Source of the DNA: Candidatus Woesearchaeota archaeon
GTDB lineage: Archaea; Nanobdellota; Nanobdellia; Woesearchaeales; JAHWIC01
Length of the DNA: 64,000 bases
Assembly: GCA_019322805.1 (NCBI GenBank)
Contig: JAHWIC010000001.1
Span: 67,347-131,346 of the forward strand
Direction of reading: 5' to 3'
Part shown: positions 28,365 to 36,988 of the stretch, in pieces
Numbering within the stretch: the first letter of the stretch is position 1
How the letters are laid out: every line of letters begins with the position of its first letter
The notes under the pieces: generated by a model
The model's input: only the letters and a program-made list of their open reading frames with translations
Database searches by the model: none
Told to the model about the DNA's origin: nothing
Position numbers and translations under genes: made by a program

Positions 28365-30514
28365 TTTTTATTAAGGTACATTATTGTTCCGCTTATTAAA
28401 TTTAATGCCCCAATCAAAATACAAACCTTGACTATGCCAAGCAGAGGAATAAGTAATGTGCTAACTAAAATAGCACCTATACAAGCTCCAATAAAGTCTG
28501 ATGCATAAAGTATTCCTGCTGTATGTGCAACCTTTTTGAAATGAAGCTTTGCTGCTAAAGGAAACTCCATCCCAACAAGAATAGCCAGGATTAAAGTTAA
28601 TATTGGGAATGCGAATTGTGCACTAAGGAGTATTAGATTTTCATTTTTTATGTTTTTTAAGAGGATAAATATGACTGGTAAAAGGATTGAATATAACAGA
28701 ATTGAAAACTCGATCTTAACCAAGTCTTTGATTGATTTTTTCTTTAATGTTCTGTTCATATAATGAGAACCGAGTGCCAAGCCAAGCATAAACATCGTCA
28801 CTATCACACCAATCTTATGATAAACATAGCCATACAGAATCTGAAATCCAATCAAAATAATTACTTCCAAGGACGAGGCTGCAAAACCTGTTGTAAATAT
28901 TGCAAATGGAATTGGCTTTGTTTTCAGCAGATAAAGAATCACTAAGATTGCGAATATAATGAAGAATATTGAATAATTAACCTTAAAGTAAGATATCCAA
29001 TAAAGTAAGTGATAGAAGTAAGTTATCGGGTTAAGGTCCTTGTTTAAGGGAACATCTTCATTTATTGAATTTAACACTAAATTAATTCTGTCTTCTGTAA
29101 GTTTGCCAATGAGATAATACTTATTCACATAATCTGTTTGTATTGCTTTTTCCTCAATTTTTTCTGCAATATCATAGGTTAATTCCTTATCTGAAGCTAT
29201 GAAGAAATTTTCAGCATCGGGGATTATGATTATATTGGAAAAAACCTGCGATAAGGTTTTATACAAAGCTGAATTTGACTGCCTGACTTCTTTGCTCATA
29301 TAATTCTCAGCAGAACTTAAGCTTAAACTGATAACTGCATCATCATTTAATATTTGTTTTAATTCTTTAAAGAACTCAATTGTGTAAAATCTGTTGATTT
29401 GTGCTGTGCTTGGGTCTGGTAAGTCAATAATAACAATATCATATTTGTTATTTGTCTGCTTAACAAATAATCTTGCATCAATATTGTGGATTTTTATCTT
29501 TTCATTCTCTAAATTTGTTGTAAATCTTTTTCCAACATCAATTATTAATGGGTCTAATTCAATGTAATCAATATTATCAGGGTTGTACTTTAGTATTTCG
29601 TTCACTGTTCCTGAAACACCGCCAGAGATAAGAAGGATATTCTTTGGAGCTTCATGCTGTACCATTGCATAATGCACTGTTTCTTCATTAGCGATTGTGT
29701 TTTCTGTTGCGAACAGAGCAATTCCATTCTCAAAGAAGTTTAATTGGTCTGCAGTTTTAGTCACAACCAAGCTGCCATATCTTGAATTTTTATGAAATAA
29801 TAATTCCTGGCCTTTGTATTGCTGCTGGATTGATAATTTTTCCAAATCAACAGAGAAAAAACCAATAACCAATAACAAAAATAAAACAACAACCGAATAT
29901 TTCAGAATATTATTTTTAATAAATATTGACAGTAATAAAGCTGCTAATAAATTTAGAATCATAATAAACAAAGCCATCTGGAAGTGATTCAGGAAATAAA
30001 TCAGGATAAAGCTGAATAAGAAACCGCCCAGGATATCACCAATAGCATCAATAAAATAAACCTTGCCGATTGAGGCAGAATCCTTTTTTGTGGTAAAAAC
30101 ACAGCATGCAAGAATTAATAATGAGCCAGATATAATGCAGTAAGGAAGCAGTATTACAAATGATGAAAGGAAGATTCTTATTGCTCCAATTAATTCTCCT
30201 GGAAGGAAAATCAGATTTCTAAGATTCCTTATTATGAATATATGGAAGAACGGAAGAACTGCTATAATTATCTCTGAAATTATTAATAATCTAAATTTGT
30301 CCTTAACTTTTTCAATATACTTTCCTAAATAAGAGCCAATTCCTGTCAATAACAACCAGTTTCCAAGAATTATCCCAAAAACAAGCTCATTGCCGTAGAA
30401 AACAGTTAAGAACTCACGCATTATTGTGAGCTGAGTGATCATTGCAGATATGCCTAAGGCTGTTATTGCAAAGAACAATAGTTTCTCTCTTTTTGGGATG
30501 TTTTTGAAAAACAT
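28361..30514 (-). CDS. Polytopic membrane protein fused to a spermidine-synthase-like (PABS) domain
   Basis: 717 aa with about 8 N-terminal TM helices. The central segment LLISGGVSGTVNEILK...YIELDPLIIDV resembles the SpeE SAM-fold. Additional C-terminal TM helices follow. It overlaps the radical SAM gene by 4 nt. Confidence 0.7.
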   Translation of the reverse strand: MFFKNIPKREKLLFFAITALGISAMITQLTIMREFLTVFYGNELVFGIILGNWLLLTGIGSYLGKYIEKVKDKFRLLIISEIIIAVLPFFHIFIIRNLRNLIFLPGELIGAIRIFLSSFVILLPYCIISGSLLILACCVFTTKKDSASIGKVYFIDAIGDILGGFLFSFILIYFLNHFQMALFIMILNLLAALLLSIFIKNNILKYSVVVLFLLLVIGFFSVDLEKLSIQQQYKGQELLFHKNSRYGSLVVTKTADQLNFFENGIALFATENTIANEETVHYAMVQHEAPKNILLISGGVSGTVNEILKYNPDNIDYIELDPLIIDVGKRFTTNLENEKIKIHNIDARLFVKQTNNKYDIVIIDLPDPSTAQINRFYTIEFFKELKQILNDDAVISLSLSSAENYMSKEVRQSNSALYKTLSQVFSNIIIIPDAENFFIASDKELTYDIAEKIEEKAIQTDYVNKYYLIGKLTEDRINLVLNSINEDVPLNKDLNPITYFYHLLYWISYFKVNYSIFFIIFAILVILYLLKTKPIPFAIFTTGFAASSLEVIILIGFQILYGYVYHKIGVIVTMFMLGLALGSHYMNRTLKKKSIKDLVKIEFSILLYSILLPVIFILLKNIKNENLILLSAQFAFPILTLILAILVGMEFPLAAKLHFKKVAHTAGILYASDFIGACIGAILVSTLLIPLLGIVKVCILIGALNLISGTIMYLNKK

Positions 30515-30590
30515 CTTTAACTATTCTTTATTATAGAGGTATTTATATCTTTTGACAACTTTTATAAAACACCACCAATTCTTCCTTTTA

Positions 30591-30947
30591 ATGACAGAAC
30601 TTATCGCATGCTTATCATCAGGAAAAGGAACATGGGGTCATGTTTCCAGGCTGATTGATGGCCAGGAATGGGAAAAAGTCTTTCTAATAACTGATTCTTT
30701 TGGTAAAGAGAAGTTTGAGAAGAAAGGTAATGTTGAGTTTATTGTCATTGATCCAAACAAATTCCTGCCAGAGCTTGCTGAAGACATTAAAACACAACTA
30801 AAAGACAAAATAACTGGCTTAGAAGTTGGTGTAAACTTCATAAGTGGCTCTGGAAAAGAACATATGGCTCTTATGTCAGCTCTACAACAATTAGGAGTTG
30901 GTCTAAGACTAGTTGCATTAACAAAAGAAGGAATCAAAGAAGTTTAA
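30591..30947 (+). CDS. Hypothetical protein (about 118 aa)
   Basis: ORF chosen with its start at MTELIACLSSGKG. No family recognised. Confidence 0.4.
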   Translation: MTELIACLSSGKGTWGHVSRLIDGQEWEKVFLITDSFGKEKFEKKGNVEFIVIDPNKFLPELAEDIKTQLKDKITGLEVGVNFISGSGKEHMALMSALQQLGVGLRLVALTKEGIKEV

Positions 30948-31684
30948 GCTAATGGTTCTGGCTCTGATTTAACAACACCATAGAATTCTAACAATAATCT
31001 ATCAACATACCTTATAAGCTCGTAGCCATAACCATGTATCTCAATGCAGTTGCCTTTGAGATCAATCTTAGGTATTGGGGATTCTATTAAAGATATTATT
31101 GCATGTTCAGTGTTGCTGCAGTTTAATACTGGTCTTCCTTTGCATGCGCTGCAAGCTTCATAATCGCAGTCTCTATCACAAACTGCAATCACTTCATTTC
31201 CAAAGGCTGTGTTTAGGCTTTGAGTTAATTCTCCGACAGCTACAGCAATGTAAGTTAATTCCTTACCGAGAGGATCAAACGAGATGTAGATTGTAGTTGC
31301 GTTATTGAACTTATCATTAAGACCGCCATACAAAGGAATATCTTCTACGTCTTTAGGACCATAACGCAGAGGAACATTAACTAAAACTCCTTTTGACTGA
31401 ACCTGGAAATACCACATGCCGTCAAAATTAATAAAACTATGAGGGCCGTACATATAGCCTTGCTCTGGTTTAAGCTTACCTTGTATGTTTAATCTATGTG
31501 CATCTTCTATAGTCAAAACTTGTTCTTCTGATGGAATAACGTACCTTAACAATACAAAGATTAAGAATAATCCAACAATAGAAATTATAGCATAAAGGAG
31601 AACCTTATCCGATATCTGCTGTTCTTCAACCGCTTCTTCTTTTTTCTCTTTCTTTTCCTTTTTTGCAGTTTCCTTTGCTGTCAT
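30944..31684 (-). CDS. Hypothetical membrane-anchored extracytoplasmic protein with a Cys-rich C-terminal region
   Basis: 246 aa. It has a K/E-rich N-terminus, one TM helix, and 8 Cys in the C-terminal 80 aa. Confidence 0.5.
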   Translation of the reverse strand: MTAKETAKKEKKEKKEEAVEEQQISDKVLLYAIISIVGLFLIFVLLRYVIPSEEQVLTIEDAHRLNIQGKLKPEQGYMYGPHSFINFDGMWYFQVQSKGVLVNVPLRYGPKDVEDIPLYGGLNDKFNNATTIYISFDPLGKELTYIAVAVGELTQSLNTAFGNEVIAVCDRDCDYEACSACKGRPVLNCSNTEHAIISLIESPIPKIDLKGNCIEIHGYGYELIRYVDRLLLEFYGVVKSEPEPLA

Positions 31685-32253
31685 TTAATAATCCCCAATA
31701 TAGCATATAATAATCTATCTTTTATTTTAATAACATCCTCTCCCCTATAAGCTTCTGCTATAATGCAGTTTCCTTCCATATAAACCTTGGTTTCATTTGA
31801 TTTCTTGAAATACAGCACTGGAACATACATTGTCGCGTCATCGCAGGTTACTATTGGCCTGTTGAACTCATTTTCTGTTGTAAAGCCAGCCACAACAAAC
31901 ATATCAAAATTGCTCAGGCCTTGTGCTAAGGTATATTGAACTTTTGCAATGTATTCTGCATAATCATCATCTATGTCATAAGTTATATCAATTTCAACTG
32001 CGCTTAATCTTTGGGCTATTTCAGAATTCAAATCTATGTGCTCTACTTCTGTTGGATGATAATTAAACACAGCATGTTTGCCATTTATTTTGGTAGACCA
32101 CCCATCTGCTTCCTGAACAAAAGGAATTCCATTATATTCAACTTTTGGAGGTCCGCCTTTCCAAAGAAAACCCATTACACTTGTAACCAGGATGAATGCT
32201 ATAAACCCCATCATAAGGTTCTGCATCCTTTTGCTGTCTTTTTTCTTTTTCAT
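31681..32253 (-). CDS. Hypothetical signal-anchored extracytoplasmic protein
   Basis: 190 aa with an N-terminal TM. It overlaps the downstream ORF by 4 nt, which suggests an operon. Confidence 0.5.
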   Translation of the reverse strand: MKKKKDSKRMQNLMMGFIAFILVTSVMGFLWKGGPPKVEYNGIPFVQEADGWSTKINGKHAVFNYHPTEVEHIDLNSEIAQRLSAVEIDITYDIDDDYAEYIAKVQYTLAQGLSNFDMFVVAGFTTENEFNRPIVTCDDATMYVPVLYFKKSNETKVYMEGNCIIAEAYRGEDVIKIKDRLLYAILGIIK

Positions 32254-32419
32254 TATGAAAAAAGATTTGTGACTAGTATTTAAAATTTTGTTTTGCTTAA
32301 ATTAAAGCAAAACCGAAACCGAAAAGTATATATATTAGTATATATGAATAAAATTAGCAAATATTTGTTAATTATATATATTTTTATATATATATGGATA
32401 TTTGTATACTACTGACAAG

Positions 32420-32581
32420 ATGGCTAATAAAACAATACTCCAGTACCCCAACAAAAAGCAGTTTATGATTACTGTTCCTAAGGGACTTGTCTTGGCTAAA
32501 GGATGGAAGCGTGGCGACAAGCTGGAATTTGTTCTTAACAATAAAGGAGAGATCATAATAAGGAAAGTCAAAAATGAGTAA
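32420..32581 (+). CDS. AbrB/MazE/SpoVT-like swapped-hairpin mini-protein (53 aa), not in the ORF track
   Basis: MANKTILQYPNKKQFMITVPKGLVLAKGWKRGDKLEFVLNNKGEIIIRKV matches the AbrB-type DNA-binding fold pattern (vP..l....gw..GD.l). It overlaps the ABC ATPase start by 8 nt. Confidence 0.5.
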   Translation: MANKTILQYPNKKQFMITVPKGLVLAKGWKRGDKLEFVLNNKGEIIIRKVKNE

Positions 32582-33269
32582 AGACACTATAATCAAACTT
32601 GAGAATGTATGGAAGATTTATCAGATGGGTGATGTAAAGGTTAATGCTCTCAGGGGTCTTAGTCTCGAGGCAAGAAGAGGCGAGTTCATAGCTGTAATGG
32701 GTCCATCTGGTTCTGGTAAGAGTACCGCAGTAAACATGATTGGCTGCCTGGATATTCCAAGTAAAGGAAGGATCCTCCTTGAAGGAAAGGACATCTCAAC
32801 GCTTTCTGAATCTAAATTAGCTCAGATAAGAGGCCAAAAGATAGGATTTATTTTCCAGCAATTCAATCTTATTCCAACTTTGTCTGCTTTAGGAAATGTT
32901 ATGTTACCTATGATTTTTCAAGGCACGCCAGATGAAAAAAGGACAGAGAGGGCAAAAAAATTGTTAGGGCTTGTTGGGCTTGGTGATCGCATGGACCACA
33001 AACCTAATGAGTTGAGTGGGGGACAGCAGCAAAGGGTTGCGATTGCAAGGGCTTTAGCAAATGATCCTGATGTAGTATTAGCTGATGAGCCAACAGGAAA
33101 TCTTGACCAAGAAACTGGAAAGATGATTATGGAGTTTCTGGACAGGTTGCACCATAAGAAAGATAAGACAGTCATAATGGTCACGCATGATATTCATGTT
33201 GCAAAACATGCTCATAGGATAGAGTATCTTATAGACGGTCAGATAATAAAAAGAAAGAAGTTGAGGTGA
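32574..33269 (+). CDS. ABC transporter ATP-binding protein (MacB/LolD-like)
   Basis: 231 aa. Walker A (GPSGSGKST), the ABC signature (LSGGQQQRVAIARAL) and Walker B (VVLADEPTGNLD) are present. Confidence 0.85.
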   Translation: MSKDTIIKLENVWKIYQMGDVKVNALRGLSLEARRGEFIAVMGPSGSGKSTAVNMIGCLDIPSKGRILLEGKDISTLSESKLAQIRGQKIGFIFQQFNLIPTLSALGNVMLPMIFQGTPDEKRTERAKKLLGLVGLGDRMDHKPNELSGGQQQRVAIARALANDPDVVLADEPTGNLDQETGKMIMEFLDRLHHKKDKTVIMVTHDIHVAKHAHRIEYLIDGQIIKRKKLR

Positions 33270-33274
33270 AATAA

Positions 33275-34495
33275 ATGAAAAGAATAAGCATAATTGGTTT
33301 GGTGATATTGGTAATAGGGATTTTTCAGGTTTTAGGATATACTGAAAATGATATCCCTTATCTGTATATCTCTGAAACAAAGTATGAGCCATATCCTGCA
33401 GAGCCAGGAGGGTATTTTGATTTGTGGCTAAACGTCCAGAACAAAGGGAGGGATGCCACAGGGCTTATGTTCAAGCTTGAGCCTGAGTTTCCATTTTCCT
33501 TGGATCCTGGCGAAACAGCTGAAAGGAATTTCGGGAAAATCCTCTCAGGCCAAAGCGTATTAGTGCATTATAGGGTAAGGGTCAGCCCTAATGCGGTAGA
33601 AGGCAGTAATAAACTAAAGTATTTGTTCAAATCAAAAAGTTATGAGGACTGGAATGAAGCAAGCATATCTATAATGATAAAAACGCATGACATCCTGCTT
33701 GCTATCACAGAAATAGAAACAAACCCAAAAAAGATTCGGCCTGGAAAAACAGGCTCAATTGAGATTGGATTAAAGAATATGGCAGATTCCTTGATAAAGG
33801 ATCTAAAAGCCCGTTTAATTCTTGGCGGAGTTCCACTTGCACCAATAGGGGCAACAAATGAAAAGATGGTCCAGAGAGTTGATTCTAATGAAGAGTTGAC
33901 AGTCAAATTCACTGTTATGGCTGAGCCTGATGCTACAGCAGACATCTATAAGCTTCCATTAGAGCTGGAATATGCTGATGAGCTTGGGAACAATTACAAC
34001 AGAAACAACACAATAAGTGTCATTATTGGAGATGTTCCTGATTTAGCAGTAAACCTTGATAGTTCAACTATTTACAAAGCAGGGACAGTTGGAGAAATCG
34101 TAGTCAAATTCGTCAACAAAGGCCTAACTGATGTAAAGTTCCTTAATGTTAAAATAAAACCAGGAGAGGGCCACGAAGTAATATCACCTGAAGAGGTTTA
34201 TGTAGGGAACATAGACTCTGATGACTACGAAACCGCTGAGTTCAAATTGTTTGTAAGCAAGGCAAACGGCGAAGCTAAGATACCTCTTACAATAGAATAC
34301 ATGGATGCGAACAATGACGAATACACGAAGCTTGTTGAGCTTAGTCTGCCATTATACGGCTCTAGAGAAGCAAAGCAGTTTGGATTCGCAAAAGGCGGTG
34401 GATTTGGCGGGATTCTAATAACTATCATAATAGTAGCTGTTGCTGTCTTTGGTTATAAAAAGTGGAAGAAAAGAAAGGCTAAAAAGCAACAATGA
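33275..34495 (+). CDS. Secreted, C-terminally TM-anchored beta-rich protein (CARDB/DUF11-like) associated with the ABC/FtsX system
   Basis: 406 aa with an N-terminal signal. The C-terminal region GGGFGGILITIIIVAVAVFGY followed by KKWKKRKAKK forms a membrane anchor. Confidence 0.5.
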   Translation: MKRISIIGLVILVIGIFQVLGYTENDIPYLYISETKYEPYPAEPGGYFDLWLNVQNKGRDATGLMFKLEPEFPFSLDPGETAERNFGKILSGQSVLVHYRVRVSPNAVEGSNKLKYLFKSKSYEDWNEASISIMIKTHDILLAITEIETNPKKIRPGKTGSIEIGLKNMADSLIKDLKARLILGGVPLAPIGATNEKMVQRVDSNEELTVKFTVMAEPDATADIYKLPLELEYADELGNNYNRNNTISVIIGDVPDLAVNLDSSTIYKAGTVGEIVVKFVNKGLTDVKFLNVKIKPGEGHEVISPEEVYVGNIDSDDYETAEFKLFVSKANGEAKIPLTIEYMDANNDEYTKLVELSLPLYGSREAKQFGFAKGGGFGGILITIIIVAVAVFGYKKWKKRKAKKQQ

Positions 34496-35715
34496 TTAAG
34501 GATTATTTTGTATATATTTTGAATAATCTTAGGAATCGTAAGCTTCGTAGCTGGCTTACTATGATAGGCATATTCGTAGGAATAGCTGCTGTTGTAGCTT
34601 TGATCGGTTTAGGAGAAGGTATGAGAAATGCGATAATGGGGCAGTTTGGTTTCTTAGGAACAGATATTTTAGCTGTTATGGCCTCAGGCGGGATGGGCCC
34701 TCCTGGAACAGGGGTTATTGATTCACTGACAGACAAAGAGTTAGATGCAATCAAGAGAGTCCCGGGGGTAGAAGGTGCAGCTGGGAGAATAATGGAATCA
34801 GTAAAGATTGTTTTTAATAGAAAGGCTAGTTTTGCTTCTGCACTTAGCATGCCTGATGGAGAAGGAAGGGAAATAATTGAGCATGTTATGAACATGGAAG
34901 CACAGAAAGGAAGGCTTTTAGAGGATGGAGACAAGAATGTTGTTTTCTTGGGATCAGTGTTTTATGAAGAGGATAATGTTTTTGGCAAAGTTATTGTTCC
35001 AGGATCCAAAATTGAAGTATTAGACAAGGAATTCAAGGTCATTGGGATAATGGACAAAAAAGGCAATCAGGCGCTGGACAGTGCTCTGTTTATGAATGAA
35101 GATTATCTTAGAGAGTTGGTTGACAGACCCGGGGATGATTATGATATAATTGGTGTGAGATTTGATGAAAATGCGGATGTAAATAAGATCAAAGAAGATA
35201 TCGAAAAGAGATTAAGAAAGATAAGGGATGTAAAAGAAGGAGAGGAAGATTTCTCAGTTCAAACTCCTCAATCTGTAATGGAGAATGTTAATTCAGTAAT
35301 CCTGGGGGTTCAAATATTTGTCTATATAATTGCTACAATCTCTATTTTAGTTGGAGGAATCGGGATTATGAATACGATGTATACAACAGTTGTCGAAAGA
35401 ACAAAAGAAATAGGCATAATGAAATCAATTGGAGCTAAAAACCAAACAGTCTTTTCACTATTCTTTATTGAATCTGGGTTCTTAGGAATAGTTGGAGGTC
35501 TTATAGGAATGGTATTGGGTGTTTTAGCAGCAACAGGCCTAGCATTTATTGGCAGGCTTGTATTGAAATCAGAACTTATAGCAGCCCATTTTCCCATGGG
35601 TTTGATTATTGGAGCATTATTATTTTCATTTGTGGTTGGTTCATTTTTCGGGACATTGCCTGCAATGCGGGCTTCAAGACTGAATCCGGTAGATGCCCTC
35701 AGATACGCGAAATGA
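34492..35715 (+). CDS. ABC transporter permease, FtsX/MacB-like
   Basis: 407 aa. It has an N-terminal TM, a large extracytoplasmic domain and a C-terminal 3-TM FtsX domain. Confidence 0.75.
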   Translation: MIKDYFVYILNNLRNRKLRSWLTMIGIFVGIAAVVALIGLGEGMRNAIMGQFGFLGTDILAVMASGGMGPPGTGVIDSLTDKELDAIKRVPGVEGAAGRIMESVKIVFNRKASFASALSMPDGEGREIIEHVMNMEAQKGRLLEDGDKNVVFLGSVFYEEDNVFGKVIVPGSKIEVLDKEFKVIGIMDKKGNQALDSALFMNEDYLRELVDRPGDDYDIIGVRFDENADVNKIKEDIEKRLRKIRDVKEGEEDFSVQTPQSVMENVNSVILGVQIFVYIIATISILVGGIGIMNTMYTTVVERTKEIGIMKSIGAKNQTVFSLFFIESGFLGIVGGLIGMVLGVLAATGLAFIGRLVLKSELIAAHFPMGLIIGALLFSFVVGSFFGTLPAMRASRLNPVDALRYAK

Positions 35716-35716
35716 A

Positions 35717-36934
35717 ATGATAAAAGACATATTAAAATATTCAATATCGAACTTATGGAATAGGAAGCTTAGAAGTTTTCTTACAATACTTTCTATTCTT
35801 ATAGGAATAACTGCTATTTTTGCTTTGGTTAGTTTTGGCCAAGGAATTAATTCGTATATGGAGAGTTTTGGACAGGAGATGGGAACAGACAAAATAATGG
35901 TGATGCCTAAGGATTACCTTTCTGCGATGGAGGGGAGCAACATCTTACTTTCAGAGGATGATCTCGATTTTTTTAAGAAGATGAAGGGTATTGATGAAGC
36001 AGCAGGAATGAAGTTTGCATCTGCTAAAGTTAAATTCAAGGATTTCAGAGAGAAGTATCCATTTGTTATTGGTTTTTCTACAGAAAGCGGTGAAAAAAGA
36101 TTAATAGAAGAAATGTTTGGTGGGATAGGGATTGAAAAAGGAAGAGCTTTGAAAAAAGGGGATGTTCTAAAAGCTACTGCAGGTTATAGCAACAGTGTTC
36201 CGAACAAGATGTTTAAGAAACCTGTTTCTGTCGGGGATAGCGTTGAGATAAATGATGTTAAAGTTGAAGTGGTTGGATTTTATGAGGAGATAGGAAGTCC
36301 TACAGATGATGCCCAGTATTATATTTCAGAAGAGGGGTTCGAAGAAATATTTGGAGAGATGGATTACTATATGGTTCTTTTAAGAGTTGCTCCTGACCAA
36401 GATGTACCAACCTTGGCGGATAGAATAAAAGAAAAATTCAGGAAGCGTAGAGGTCAAAAAGAAGGAGAAGAAGATTTTTCTGTTGAGACTTATGAACAGA
36501 TGATGGAAACATTCACCAATGTGATACTGGTATTAAATGGAATATTGGTTATGGTAGCTCTGATCTCAATAATTGTTGCAGCTGTTAATATTATGAACAC
36601 GATGTATACATCAATATTAGAAAGAACTAATGAAATTGGAGTAATGAAATCAATTGGTGCAAAAAATAGATTTATTTTACTCATATTTATGATGGAATCT
36701 GGAATCCTTGGGCTTATAGGGGGTTCAATTGGCATAGGATTTGGTTATGTAATTGCACAATTTGGAGGGCTTATAGCAAGAAATGCTGGTCTTGGAATGT
36801 TAAGGCCAGCTTACCCGCTTTGGTTAATAATTGGATGCTTGTTATTTGCATTTGTTGTTGGATCTGGTTCTGGTTTATTGCCGTCCATACAAGCTTCCAG
36901 GCTAAATCCTGTCGACGCTTTGAGGTATGAATGA
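35717..36934 (+). CDS. ABC transporter permease, FtsX/MacB-like (paralog)
   Basis: About 405 aa with the same architecture. Its C-terminus ASRLNPVDALRYE parallels the paralog's ASRLNPVDALRYAK. Confidence 0.75.
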   Translation: MIKDILKYSISNLWNRKLRSFLTILSILIGITAIFALVSFGQGINSYMESFGQEMGTDKIMVMPKDYLSAMEGSNILLSEDDLDFFKKMKGIDEAAGMKFASAKVKFKDFREKYPFVIGFSTESGEKRLIEEMFGGIGIEKGRALKKGDVLKATAGYSNSVPNKMFKKPVSVGDSVEINDVKVEVVGFYEEIGSPTDDAQYYISEEGFEEIFGEMDYYMVLLRVAPDQDVPTLADRIKEKFRKRRGQKEGEEDFSVETYEQMMETFTNVILVLNGILVMVALISIIVAAVNIMNTMYTSILERTNEIGVMKSIGAKNRFILLIFMMESGILGLIGGSIGIGFGYVIAQFGGLIARNAGLGMLRPAYPLWLIIGCLLFAFVVGSGSGLLPSIQASRLNPVDALRYE

Positions 36935-36988
36935 AATGAGTACCTCCAAAGCTACGAATGATAATGAGTATGCTTTGAGGTATGAATA

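Noticed and set aside
25195-32253. Possibility that the hypothetical-gene stretch near tatAC is an anti-phage defence island
   Set aside because: No nuclease, Sir2, TIR, HEPN, methyltransferase, helicase or other defence-associated domain is recognisable. The genes instead form a coherent AmmeMemoRadiSam or exported-protein neighbourhood.
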